From assembly GCF_009914755.1 (NCBI RefSeq), contig NC_060935.1: a stretch of DNA of 64,000 nt; one strand, written 5' to 3'. Both the position numbers and the translations under genes were made by a program. Of this stretch, positions 48,278 through 64,000 are shown piece by piece. Origin of the DNA: the human T2T-CHM13v2.0 reference genome, Homo sapiens. Each line of letters begins with the position of its first letter. Within the stretch, counting starts at the first letter, position 1. The notes beneath the pieces are model-generated. The model was given only the letters and a program-made list of their open reading frames with translations, ran no database searches and was not told the origin of the DNA.

Positions 48278-50544
48278 TGTATTAGTCTATTTTCATGCTG
48301 TTGGTAAAGACATACCTGAGACTGGGCACTTTACAAAAGAAAGAAGTTTAATTGCACTTACAGTTCCACATGGCTGGGGAAGCCTCAAAATCATAGCAGA
48401 AGGCAAGGAGGAGCAAGTCATGTATTATGTGGATGGTGGCAGGCACTTGTGCAGGGAAACTCCCCTTTTTATAACCATCTGATCTCATGAGACTTATTCA
48501 CTATTACGAGAACAGCATGGGGAAGACCTGCCCCCATGATTCAATTAGCTCCCACTGGGTCCCTTCCACAAAACATGGGAATTCAAGATGAGATTTGGAT
48601 GTGGACACAGCCAAACCATATCATTCTGCCCCTAGCCCCTCCCAAATCTCATGTCCTTATATTTCAAAATCAATCATGCCTTCCCAACAGTCCCTCAAAG
48701 TCTTAACTCATTTCAGAATAACTCAGAAGTCCACAATCCAAAGTCCCATTCGAGATGAGGCAAGTCCCTTCCACCTATGAGCCTGTAAAACCAAAAGCTG
48801 GTTCAGTTACTTCATAGGTACAATGGGGGTACAGGCATTGGGTAAATACAGCCATTGCAAATGGGAGATATTGGCCAAAACAAAGGGGCTACAGGACCCA
48901 TGTGAGTATGAAATCTTGCAGGGCAGTCAAAGCTTAAAGCTCCAAAGTGATCTTCTTTGACTCCATGTCTCACATCCAGGTCATGCTGATGCAAGAGGTG
49001 GGTTCCCATGGTCTTGGGCAGCTCTGACCCTGTGGCTTTGGAGGGTACAGCCTCCCTCCCAGCTGATTTCATGGGCTGGCATTGTCTGTGGCTTTTCCAG
49101 GCACATGGTGCATGCTGTCAGTGGATCTACCATTTTGGGGCCTGGAGGACAGCAGCCCTCTTCTCATAGCTCCCCTAGGCAGTGTCCCAGTAGGGACTCT
49201 GTATGGGGACTCTGACCCCACAATTCCCTTCTGCACTGCCCGAGCAGAAGTTCTCCATGAGAGCCCCACCCCTGCAGCAAACTTCTCTCTGGACATCCAG
49301 GCATTTCCCTACATAGTCTGAAATTTAGGTGGAGGTTCCCAAACCTCAATTCTTGACTTCTGTGCATCTGCAGGCTCAACACCACATGGAAACTGTGAAG
49401 GCTTGAGGCTCGCACCCTCCAAAGCCATGGCCCGAGCTGTACATTGGCCCCTTTTAGCTATGGCTGGAGCAGCTGGGATACAAGGCACCAAGTCCCTAGG
49501 CTGCACACAGGACTGGAACCCTGGGCCTGGCCCAAGAAACCACTTTTTCCTCCTAGAACTCTGGGCCTGTGATGGGAGGAGCTGCTGTGAAGACCTCTGA
49601 CATGCCTTGAAGATATTTTCCCCATTGTCTTGGGGATTAACATTTGGCTCCTCATTACTTATGCAAATTTCTACAGCCAGCTTGAATTTCTCCTCAGAAA
49701 ATGTGTTTCTCTTTTCTATTGCATTGTCAGGCTGAAAATTTTCTGAACTTTTATGCTGTGCTTCCCTTATAAAACTGAATGCCTTTAACAGCACCCAGAA
49801 CATCTCTTGAATGCTTTGCTGCTTAGAAATTTCTTCTGCCAGATACCCTAAATCATCTCTCTCAAGTTTGAAGTTCCACAAATCTCTAGGGCAGGGGCAA
49901 AATGCCACCAGTCTTTTTGCTAAAACATAACAAGAGTAACTTTTACTCAATTTCCCAACAGGTTATTTGTCTTCATCTGAGAACACCTCAGCCTGGATTT
50001 CATTGTCGATATCATTATCAGTATTTTTGTCAAAGCCATTCAACAAGTCTCTAGGAAATTACAAACTTTACCACATTTTCCTGTCTTCTTCTGAGCCCCC
50101 CAAAACCTCTACTGTTACCCAGTTCCAAAGTCACTTCCACATTTTTGGGTATCTTTTCAGCAGTGCCCCACTGTACTGCTACCAATTTACTGTATTCATT
50201 TTCATGCTGTTGATGAAGACCTACCCGAGACTGGGCAATTTACAAAAGAAAGAGGTTTGGTTGGACTAACAGTTCCACATGGCTGAGGAAGCCTCACAAT
50301 CACGGAAGAAGGCAAGGAGGAACAAGTCATGTCTTACATGGTTGGTGGCAGGCAAACGGAGGAGCATTTGTGCAGGGAAACTCACCTTTTTATAACCATC
50401 AGATCTTGTGAGACTTATTCAGTGTCACCAGAACAGCATGGGAAAGACGTGCTCACATGATACAGTTACCTCCCACTGGGTCCTTTCCACAACATGTGGG
50501 AATTGAAGATGAGATTTGTGTGGGGACACAGCCAAACCATATCA
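48278..50544 (-). mobile_element. Complete THE1 (MaLR; THE1C/D-like) provirus: 3' LTR 48278-48623, internal 48624-50190, 5' LTR 50191-50544
   Basis: Two direct LTRs tgtatt...aaaccatatca; THE1-int residual ORF 49309-49950; 5-bp TSD ggaag/ggagg. Confidence 0.95.
48537..48547 (-). promoter_or_regulatory. DUX4-type motif TAATTGAATCA in the THE1 3' LTR
   Basis: tgattcaatta fits TAAYBBAATCA; the other LTR has a degenerate tgatacagtta at 50458-50468. Confidence 0.55.
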
Positions 50545-51087
50545 GGAGGGTAAAATAATTCAGTTACTTTGGAAAAGTTAGGCAAATTCTTATAAAATTA
50601 GACCTAGACATACTCTATCACTCTGCAATTCCACTCCTAGGTGTTTACCCAAGAAAAATAAAAGCACATAAGCCCCCCTCTCCCCACACAAAAGACAAAA
50701 GACTTACATACACACAAAATATTTGCATATATGTGTTAAAAATAGCTTTATTCATAATAGCTGAAACCTGAAAAGTATCTAAATGTTCATCAATAAGTGA
50801 ATGGAGAAGCAAATTATGACATATTCTTTTTGTTATGTTTGTTTTTCTTTTTCTTTTTTAAATTTTTTTATTTTTTATTTTTTATTATACTTTAAGTTTT
50901 AGGGTACATGTGCTCAATGTGCAGGTTAGTTACATATGTATACATGTGCCATGCTGGTGCGCTGCACCCACTAACTCGTCGTCTAGCATTAGGTATATCT
51001 CCCAATGCTATCCCTCCCCACTCCTGCCACTCCACAACAGTCCCCAGAGTGTGATGTTCCCCTTCCTGTGTCCATGTGTTCTCATTG

Positions 51088-54915
<3,828 letters not shown>

Positions 54916-54978
54916 TATGACATTAGCTGGTTATTTTGCTCGTTAGTTGATGCAGTTTCTTCCTAGTCTCGATGGTCT

Positions 54979-55993
54979 TTACATTTTGGCATGATTTTGC
55001 AGTGGCTGGTACTGGTTGTTCCTTTTCATGTTTAGTGCTTCCTTCAGGAGCTCTTTTAGGGCAGGCCTGGTGGTGACAAAATCTCTCAGCATTTGCTTGT
55101 CTGTAAAGTATTTTATTTTTCCTTCACTTATGAAGCTTAGTTTGGCTGGATATGAAATTCTGGGTTGAAAATTCTTTTCTTTAAGTATCTTGAATATTGG
55201 CCCCCACTCTCTTCTGGCTTGTAGAGTTTCTGCCAAGAGATCCGCTGTTAGTCTGATGGGCTTCCCTTTGTGGGTAACCCGACCTTCCTCTCTGGCTGCC
55301 CTTAACATTTTTTCCTTCATTTCAACTTTGGTGAATCTGACAATTATGTGTCTTGGAGTTGCTCTTCTTGGGGAGTATCTTTGTGGCGTTCTCTGTATTT
55401 CCTGAATCTGAACATTGGCCTGCCTAGCTAGATTGGGGAAGTTCTCCTGGATAATATCCTGCAGCGTGTTTTCCAACTTGGTTCCATACTCCCCGTCACT
55501 TTCAGGTACACCAATCAGATGTAGATTTGGTCTTTTCACATAGTCCCATATTTCTTGGAGGCTTTGTTTATTTCTTTTTATTCTTTTTTCTCTAAACTTC
55601 CATTCTTGCTTCATTTCTTTCATTTCATCTTCCATCACTGATACCCTTTCTTCCAGTTGATTGCATGTGCTCCTGAGGCTTCTGTATTCTTCACGTAGTT
55701 CTCGAGCCTTGGCTTTCAGCTCCATCATCTCCTTTAAGCACTTCTCTGTATTGGTTATTCTAGTTATACGTTAGTCTAAATTTTTTTCAAAGTTTTTAGC
55801 TTCTTTGCCTTTGGTTTGAATTTCCTCCTGTAGCTCGTAGTTTGATCATCTGAAGCCTTCTTCTCTCAGCTTGTCAAAGTCATTCTCCGTCCAGGTTTGT
55901 TCCATTGCTGGTGAGGAACTGCGTTCCTTTGGAGGAGGAGTGGTGCTCTCCTTTTTAGAGTTTCCAGTTTTTCTGCTCTGTTTTTTCCCCCAT
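54979..55993 (-). pseudogene. L1 ORF1, N-terminus disrupted
   Basis: 249-aa C-terminal part open; apparent extra G just after the ATG at 55993. Confidence 0.9.
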
Positions 55994-57864
55994 TTTTGTG
56001 GTTTTATCTACTTTTGGTCTTTGATGATGGTGATGTACAGATGGGTTTTTGGTGTGTATGTCCTTTCTGTTTGTTAGTTTTCCTTCTAACAGACAGGACC
56101 CTCAGCTGCAGGTCTGTTGGAGTTTGCTAGAGGTCCACTCCAGACCCTGTTTGCCTGGGTATCAGCAGCGGTGTCTGCAGAAGAGTGGTTTTTCATGAAC
56201 CGTGAATGCTGCTGTCTGATCGTTCCTCTGGAAGTTTTGCCTCAGAGGAGTACCGGGCCGTGTGAGGTGTCCGTCTGCCCCTACTGGGGGGTGCCTCCCA
56301 GTTAGGCTGCTCAGGGGTCAGGGGTCAGGGACCCACTTGAGGAGGCAGTCTGCCCGTTCTCACATCTCCAGCTGCGTGCTGGGAGAACCACTACTGTCTT
56401 CAAAGCTGTCAGACAGGGACATTTATGTTTGCAGAGGTTACTCCTGTCTTTTTGTTTGTCTGTGCCCTGCCCCCAGAGGTGGAGCCTACAGAGGCAGGCA
56501 GGCCTACTTGAGCTGTGGTGGGCTCCACACAGTTGGAGCTTCCCAGCTGCTTTGTTTACCTAAGCAAGCCTGGGCAATGGCGGGCGCCCCTCCTGCAGCC
56601 TCGCTGTCACTTTAAAGTTTGATCTCAGACTGCTGTGCTAGCAATCAGCAAGACTCTGTGGGCATAGGACCCTCTAAGCCAGGTGCGGGATATAATCTCG
56701 TGGTGCGCCGTTTTTTAAGGCCGTCAGAAAAGCGCAGTATTAGGGTGGGAGTGACCCGATTTTCCAGGTGCCATCTGTCACCCCTTTCTTTGACTAGGAA
56801 AGGGAACTCCCTGACCCCTTGTGCTTCCCAGGTGAGGCAATGCCTCGCCCTGCTTCGGCTCACGCACACCGTGCGCTACACCCACTGACCTGTGCCCATT
56901 CTCTGGCACTCCCTAGTGAGATGAACCTGGTACCTCAGATGGAAATGCAGAAATCACCCGTCTTCTGCGTCCCTCAAGCTGGGAGCTGTAGACCGGAGCT
57001 GTTCCTGTTTGGCCATCTTGGTTCCTCCATGGCGTAATCTTACAATGAAATACTACTCAGCAATAGAATAAAGTAAGTTTTGATAAATTAAATGATGAGT
57101 GAATCTCAAAGTATCCTGATCATGAAGAGCCAGGGAAAATATGCAAAAATTGTACATTAGTGTAAAATTCCTGAGTAGACAAAAACAATAAATGTTGATA
57201 GAAACAAGATCAGTGCTTGCTTCTGGAAAAGTTTAGTGATTTGCTTACAAGGGATCATTCTGAGGTAATGAAAATGTTCTGTCTTGATGGGTGTGTATGT
57301 CACACAAATGTATATTTCTATCAAAACCTTCTATGCATATATTTCAGATCAGTATATTTTACTATATGTAATTTATACCTCAATAAAAAAAAATCATGCT
57401 AGTGTCAGCTAAAACATCTTACTAGTTAAGCAGAAAGTTTCAAGCCTGCTAGAGAATTCTTTACTTGCTTCAGGGATGAAATATGAAATATAATCATTTT
57501 TACACCAGTCAATTGAGACTACTACTTCTAAAGTTATAAATAATGTAGATGGAATGAAAGAATTAAGGGGGTAAGGAAGAGATAGACATGGACAGAGGGA
57601 GATGAAAAGGTGGTAAATGTGGTTTAGTGAGGGTAAACACAGCTCTGGTGGAATTTAATATTCCTCCCGACATGTGTTTATTTTCTTCTCTTTAGGGATC
57701 TGTGGCCTTTCTATAAAAACAGAATGCTAAAGCGGGTGAACTTTCTGTCTCTCCCATCTATCTCATGGTGAGGAAGGAAAGGGATGATTCATGGAATGCC
57801 TCTTGCTCTTTAGGTTTGGAGGATCCTTTCCCCACATTTTGCTCAGTTGTCAATGCATATTATT

Positions 57865-58525
57865 TAGGAGAACATTTATTAATGTATTAGATATCTGTTG
57901 TGCTGCTGTTACAGGCATCAGCTCATTTGTTATACTAAGGATACAACAAATCAGACAAAGTCCTTGTTCTTTTGAAGCTTAAACTCCATTGCAAATCAAA
58001 GGACAACAGTGAGCAAACATGCTAATATGTACTATGTATGTGGTGTTAGTGCTTGCAGAAAATAAGCCAGAATGAGGAGAACAGGAAGTGCTGGGATGGT
58101 GCAAGTAGCTTTTTATACAAGGTGGTCGGGATGCCTTTGCTTCACATGTCTTTTGAGAAGAGGTCTTAAGTAAATGATGGAGTATGTGGTATGGCCTCTA
58201 ATGGGAAGAATACCAGGCAGAGAGAACGACAAGTACAAAAACCATGAGGTGGGAATATGTTTGGTGGTTTGAAGAATACCAAAGTGATAAGTGTGGCTGG
58301 GGAAGAGTGAATAGAAGAAAGAGTGGTAGGAGATGAGGTCATTGGAAGGACTTTGGAGGAGTCTTTGTTTTGTTTTTCAGCAGATAAGATTTTACTTGGG
58401 TTTTAATGAGTAATTCTGGCTACTGTGTGAATAATATATGTTACAAAACAAGGATAGAATTAGGGAGACCAGTTAGAAGATTACTGCTTCTCTAGACGAC
58501 GACGATGGTGTCTTGGGCCAGGCTG
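57865..58525 (-). mobile_element. L2 fragment
   Basis: aacatttattaatg..; gagtggtaggagatgaggtc; ctggctactgtgtg..gggagaccagttagaag. Confidence 0.7.
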
Positions 58526-59441
58526 GGACTTGGGTATGTGAGGGATATCTAAAGTATACTTGCCTATATGATGGGTCATCGTCTTCTAGGCACCTTGTTG
58601 AGAGCCATCTTGCTCCAACTACTTCCCTTCCCAAAGCAATCTCTCCTTCTCATAGCTTACATCTAGCAAGAGAAATTTCCATTGCAGGTGGACTCCTGAG
58701 GACCTAGCTCAGTTTCTCCAGAGGGTTCACAATGTAATGGCCATACACAGCACAAGGATGATTCAGGAGCTGGGGAAGACAGCAAGACACCAGGACACAT
58801 GCCTTCCCTGGTCTATCCCTTCTCCCACTAGCCCGGGTTTCTGCTTTGTCACTTGATGGCACTCACACTGTTCAAATTTCTTAATTTTCTGTGAAATAAG
58901 TGTAATGAACTCTCATTATGAAAGTTCAGCCTTATTTCTCTGAAGGAGGATGGTTAGCATGAAAGAAAGATAAAAAGATCCACAAAAGATTCATTGCTTC
59001 TCTGGAATGTAATAGATGAGGAGCTCCTGAGGGGGCCTGTGGGATTGAAATATAACATGAATGTTAAACAGTCCAAGCTTGATGAGATTCAAGCAGAGAA
59101 TGGTTTTATGTTTCACTGCTGTCTTTAGTATACTCTGGCTCATCTTTCTCTCAAAGTTCTTGATACCATCGTTAGAGGTTATGAAGTTTCTTGATCACAT
59201 TCAACTTCAAGAGTAGGCTCACTTTGGTTATTAAGCCTCATTCTGTTGTAAAGAGATCTTGCCTAGTCTAAATAAAAATTTCAGTCTCATACCCAGTTCA
59301 GATCTTCCCCTGTCGTTCTACCCCCTTCCCTTTCCCACTCCAGCTCAGGCCTGATCTGTGGCTCAGCTGTAGCAGTGTGTTGGAGATGGATCAAAGTCTC
59401 AGCAAGAGCCAACTGTTAGCATCTCTTTGCAATTCCAAGTT

Positions 59442-59558
59442 CAGTGTTGTCAGGTTGGTGGATTAAATCAGCCATGGTGGGAGTATTTGCACCATGGAAA
59501 TTGGCAACCACTACAAACCAGGGTGTTTTCCACCAGGAGAGCCAGCAGCATACCACTG
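59442..59558. mobile_element. MER63-like hAT MITE fragment
   Basis: taaatcagccatggtgggagtatttgcaccatggaaattggcaa..cagcataccactg. Confidence 0.65.
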
Positions 59559-60899
59559 CTCAGAGGTGAGTAGTGGGGAAAGAACATTTAAAAAAATTGT
59601 CCTTTCCATCCTTCTCATCCTTTTCTGGCTCTTTCTTGTTCTGGGTAGGGGAGGGGATGAGATTTAAAACACAAAGAATATGTCGTTTAACTGGTGCTAC
59701 TGCAGTCTGGCTGTTGATGCTGTCTGAGTGGCAGACATACATTGCTGGCTTTCACTTGGAGAACCAGCGTGGGCTGCTAGAAAGAACTTGCAGTATCTCC
59801 ACATAAACAGTTCTCTGGCATGGGTGATGGGTTCCTTGGCTGACGTTTTGAGACTCTCCTTAGTTTTTGACCCCCTGCCGTAAAAAATGTAGCCTCTTTC
59901 TAACAGAGTTTCTTCATCTAAAAGGCCTTCTTAAGTGTATAGATTACATGTAAGATAGTCTAAATTCTACTTCCCTTTATAGCACCAGTCTGGTCTGTAA
60001 GAAACACATGCCTCCTGGTTATAAGGCAGGACAGGAGCCAAGGCTACCTCACTGCTGCCTTCTCTATTTTCTTCCTGACATCCAGGACCACCCCCACCAT
60101 CTTCCTATGCTTAAGATTCTCCAGGTCACAAGTAGGTACCATCTCTATGTTCCCATATATCCCAGGTGATGGGGCTTTGTTGTGCTCCAGTGACCTTCCT
60201 CACTGTGATCCTGTCTGCTTTGATGGCAGCCCCAGGCTGAGCCCACAAATCCTGTATCTCAGCAGGCCTCTAGCCAGGCAGTGAAGGTGGTCTCCCCTCT
60301 TTAGGAACTTCTGTGTCTATAGATGATTGTCTGAGAGCTGACCTCACACTTGGCCTGGGACATATGGAATGTCACTGCTTTCACAACCCTCTAGTCCAGC
60401 ATCACACACTCAAACTTCTTTTCTATTTTTATTCTTCTGCTTATATATTGGCTCTAGAAGCTTTCTGCATGTTCACCATGCAAGGACTATATTTCAAACC
60501 AAAAAACAAAAACAAAACAAATCTACCATTCCAAAAGTAAATTTAAGAGTTATCTACAGTCAGTGAAATGGGGTCTCCAGAGGTAAGTTTGGCTGACCCC
60601 AAGTGCATGCTTGCTCTTTAGGCAGCCTTGCATCTTAGTCTGACTTTGCAGCAGCTGTGCTTGAGGTGAGCAGAACAGCTTGTCATAACTTAACCCATAC
60701 AGGTTTTTAGGCAACCTGGGACTTCAGGGGTCCAGGCTAGGGGAAAAGAAGAAAGGCTGAACAAGGGCAGGAGGAACACATTCCTTCTGGAGTGTGCCCA
60801 GGGATGTCTGGCAGCAGTCCCTGGTGTGCTGGCAATAGTAGCAACAGCAGATTTATCTGTCACCCACAGCTTTAGGGAATACCTTGCCATGCTTCAGGC

Positions 60900-61110
60900 A
60901 GTGGATTAAGCTCTTTTCTGCACTATATCATTTACCTTTCTCACAATCTCCATGAGTCAGGTACTATTACTTTCTCTGTTATACAGATGAGGAAACAAAT
61001 GGGCAGAACATTTAGGTAATGTGCACAAGGTTGCACAGCTACTATGTGGCACTACTGTGGTTCAGTCCAATGTGGGCTGCCTCCACTGTTCGTGCTCTTA
61101 CCCACTCCCC
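60900..61110 (-). mobile_element. MIR fragment
   Basis: ggtactattac..tacagatgaggaaac..caaggttgcacagct. Confidence 0.65.
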
Positions 61111-62591
61111 TTGACCGCTCCTCTGGGTTAGTGGTTAGAAACATACGTTTTGAGTTCAGGTGAGATTTGAGTTTCTGTGTGATTACAGGTGAGTTGCTTA
61201 AAGTATAAATGTTAGTAATAATTATTAACTGCACAGGGGAAAAGGGAGTGGTAACTCACCTCAGGTCCTATGCTATATTGTTCATTTATCCATTCATTTA
61301 TCTATTTATCTTGGTATTTATTTACATATCAGGTTATTTACTCATTCATTAATATTTATTGAGCACTAACTGTGGCCCAGGCCCAGCACTGAGCACTTTG
61401 CATATCATCTAATTAGTAATCACACTTTTACACTACAGCATCTATTGCTCACCCAATTTTATAGCTAAGAAAATTGCAGTGGTTAAATTTTTGTCTTTGT
61501 TCAATTCCAAAGCCAATGTGCTTTTTTATGATAGTAAGATGTTCAAATGCAAAGCTTCGATTTGTTTGTTCATTTTTGTTCCTGTTATTATTCTAAGGGG
61601 TTGTGTTGGACAGAGAGCAGAAAGAGGAAGGGATCTCTAACAGATAAGGGCTCCATTAGCACACAGAAAAGATAGGAAAATACCCAGTGAGGCTGTCCAG
61701 AATACAAAAGGTGAGTATGAAAGATGACAAGCTCCCAAGCCTTTGCCAAGCACTGTTGAGAGGTGGCTGCAGAAGTCAGGGGAAGGTGAGTTCCCCAAGC
61801 CATCCCTGTCTTTGCTAAATCACTATCTGTCAGGGCCCAGCAAGAGGGAGAGAAACGCTTCAAGGAGGTCAGACTTCTCAAGGTTCCCTGATGTCTGCAG
61901 GCAGAGCTCTCAACTGGCAGGGATGCATTTTGCAAGGCTCTGTGGATGCTGAGAAGTGGGCATCAGACAGAATTATAACTCCTTTTCTACTTTCACATGA
62001 GATTTAAGTGGAAAGAAATGGGAAAAGTGTCCAGGACAATCGCCCTTCCAGCACCTAGTGTCCAGACAGGAAACTTGATTGGAGACTAGAGGTTTATGTT
62101 GCTGTGAGGACATTTCTCAAAGTCACAGGGGTTCTCAGGCAAGGTGAGGAGGCTTTATCATAGCACAGGAGAATACATCAGCTAAACCCCTCATCAGAGA
62201 AGCCGGGCCCCTCAGCCACAGTGCCACATGAGAAAACAACTCCTCTGTTGCCTTCCCACCTCCTTTCATTCAGTTTTCTCCTGCGGTGCCTGGCCCAGCC
62301 AAGGCCTTCTTAATAGGGCACTGTTTTTCCAACTGTGCTCTGGGTATTTCCCAAAGTTGTCTCCATGGCCACAGGAGTGACAGTTGAAGGCAGAGAGGAG
62401 CCAACATGGCCCAGCCAACACCTATAGCTCAACAGAGACACTCCATTCCTTTGGTTTACATATTATGGGCTTTGGTCTAAGGTTTTGTTGGAGGAAAGCC
62501 TTTTATTATCCAACATTCCCCACCAACAGTAAATCTAGACCAATAATGTGTGTTTTTTCTGCCTTTCTTAGGGCCTGATACATAGCAGATA

Positions 62592-62918
62592 CAGTCATGC
62601 ACCGCATAATGATGTTTTAGTCAAAAATGGACCACATATACAATGGTGGTCCCGTAAGATTATAATGCCGTGCTTTTACTGAATGTTTTCTATGTTTAGA
62701 TACACAAATACTTACCATTGTGTTACAATTGCGTACAATATTCAATTAAGTAACATGCTTGTAGTCTAGGAGCAGTAGACTATCCCATGTAGCCTGGCTG
62801 TGTAGTAGGCTATACCATCTACATTTGTGTAAGTACAGTGTATGATGTTCACACAATGAGGAAGTCACCTAATGATGCATCTCTTGGAACGTATCCTGGT
62901 TGTTAACTGACATGACTG
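62592..62918 (+). mobile_element. Tigger3a (MER7A/Golem) MITE
   Basis: TIRs cagtcatg.../...catgactg flanked by TA duplications. Confidence 0.9.
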
Positions 62919-63232
62919 TACTTGCTAAATAGTAGCCATCATTAATAGTAGTGCTGCATGACATCTACCCTCAAGGAGCTTACAGATGTCAGAGGGTACA
63001 GATGTATTCCTCTTGTTCTTTCATGAGAAGCCATGCTAGGCCGTGTTTGCTCCTTGCACTCTTTATTCTCCTTCCAGAAGTTGTAATTCATCTCTGCTTG
63101 CCCTCTGTAATCTGGAATCCAAATGGAGGCTCTCCTATTCAAGTAACAGACAGCCTGTGATAAGATAATGGTGAGACCATGGATGGTAAAGTGCTTGGTG
63201 AATTGTAAAAGGCTGTAAAAATATTTGATGTT

Positions 63233-63530
63233 GGCCCAGCGCCATGGCTCATGCCTGTAATCCCAGCACTTTGGGAGGTGGAAGCAGGCAGATCATGAGG
63301 TCGGGAGTTCGAGACCAGACTGATCAACATGATGAAACCCTGTCTCTACTAAAAATACAAAAATTAGCCAGGCATGGTGGTGTGCACCTGTAATCCCAGC
63401 TACTCAGGAGGCTGAGGCAGGAGAATTGCTTGACCCTGGGAAGCGGAGGCTGCATTGAGCCAAAATCGCACCACTGCATTCCAGTCTGGGCAACAGGGCA
63501 AGACTCCATCTCAAAAACAAAAAAACAAAA
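63233..63530 (+). mobile_element. AluS (Sg/Sc-like)
   Basis: Dimeric Alu with gatcatgaggtc (2-nt deletion diagnostic); ttgatgt repeated on both flanks. Confidence 0.93.
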
Positions 63531-63718
63531 ATTGATGTCGTTACCCTTATTGTATTTTCAAGAGGAAACTGAGTCACAGTGAACACTCCTAGTGGAAATT
63601 TGGAAGAATTCCTTGGAACAGATGGACTGTAGTCCTCAAAAGCAGCACCTGTTCCTCAAGCATTTAGTCTGGGACACTGATGAGAAGTCGGTGTGGTGAG
63701 GTCTTTGCCTAAAGGGGG

Positions 63719-64000
63719 TGTATTAGTTTGTTCTTTCATTGCTGTAAAAAATACCTGAGACTGGATAATTAATAAAGAAAAAAGGTTTAACTGGCTCATG
63801 ATACTGCAGTATCTAAAGGAAGCATAGTTGCTTCTGCTTCTGGGGAGGCTTCAGGAGGCTTCCAATCACGGCAGAAGGCAAAGGGGGAGCAAGTGTCTTA
63901 CATGGCAGGAGGAGGAGCAAGAGAGAGAGAGCAGGAGGGAGGAAGTACTACACAAGTTTACATGACCAGTTCTTACAAGAACTCACTCACCATCACAGGA
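63719..64000 (-). mobile_element. MST (MaLR) LTR, cut by the window end
   Basis: tgtattagtttgttct..aatacctgagactggataatt..gcagaaggcaaagggggagc. Confidence 0.88.

Noticed and set aside
57696-57767. 72-nt plus-strand cassette with polypyrimidine-AG, a GTGAGG donor and one open frame
   Set aside because: No recognisable protein similarity or partner exons; such matches arise by chance. Spliced reads would be needed

Overview
Non-coding, AT-rich great-ape (human-like, probably Homininae) genomic DNA. More than half of it is LINE-1, and I can support no host protein-coding exon. All long ORFs are L1 ORF1/ORF2/ORF0 remnants, THE1 internal remnants or low-complexity artefacts. Contents: two full-length, disabled, same-orientation L1PA2/3-type elements (15778-21825 and 50828-57028), one lacking and one retaining the ~129-bp ZNF93-bound 5'UTR segment; a twin-primed (5'-inverted) L1; a 5'-truncated young L1; ancient L1M hosts; a complete THE1 provirus; several LTRs, Alus, DNA MITEs, L2 and MIR fragments. 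Highlights: TWO independent U6 snRNA-L1 chimeric retrocopies, each with its own target-site duplication (TSD) and each nested in an older L1 (4409-5756 on +; 40015-46915 on -, the second with an unusually long L1 moiety starting inside ORF1); a ~1.3-kb AAGGG-type purine tract grown from an Alu poly(A) tail inside the second chimera; and non-consensus variants, including one frameshift, shared by the two full-length L1s. Subfamily names and consensus comparisons are from memory and need RepeatMasker/Dfam confirmation. I found no evidence of a wholly new class of system; the notable items are unusual instances of known mechanisms.
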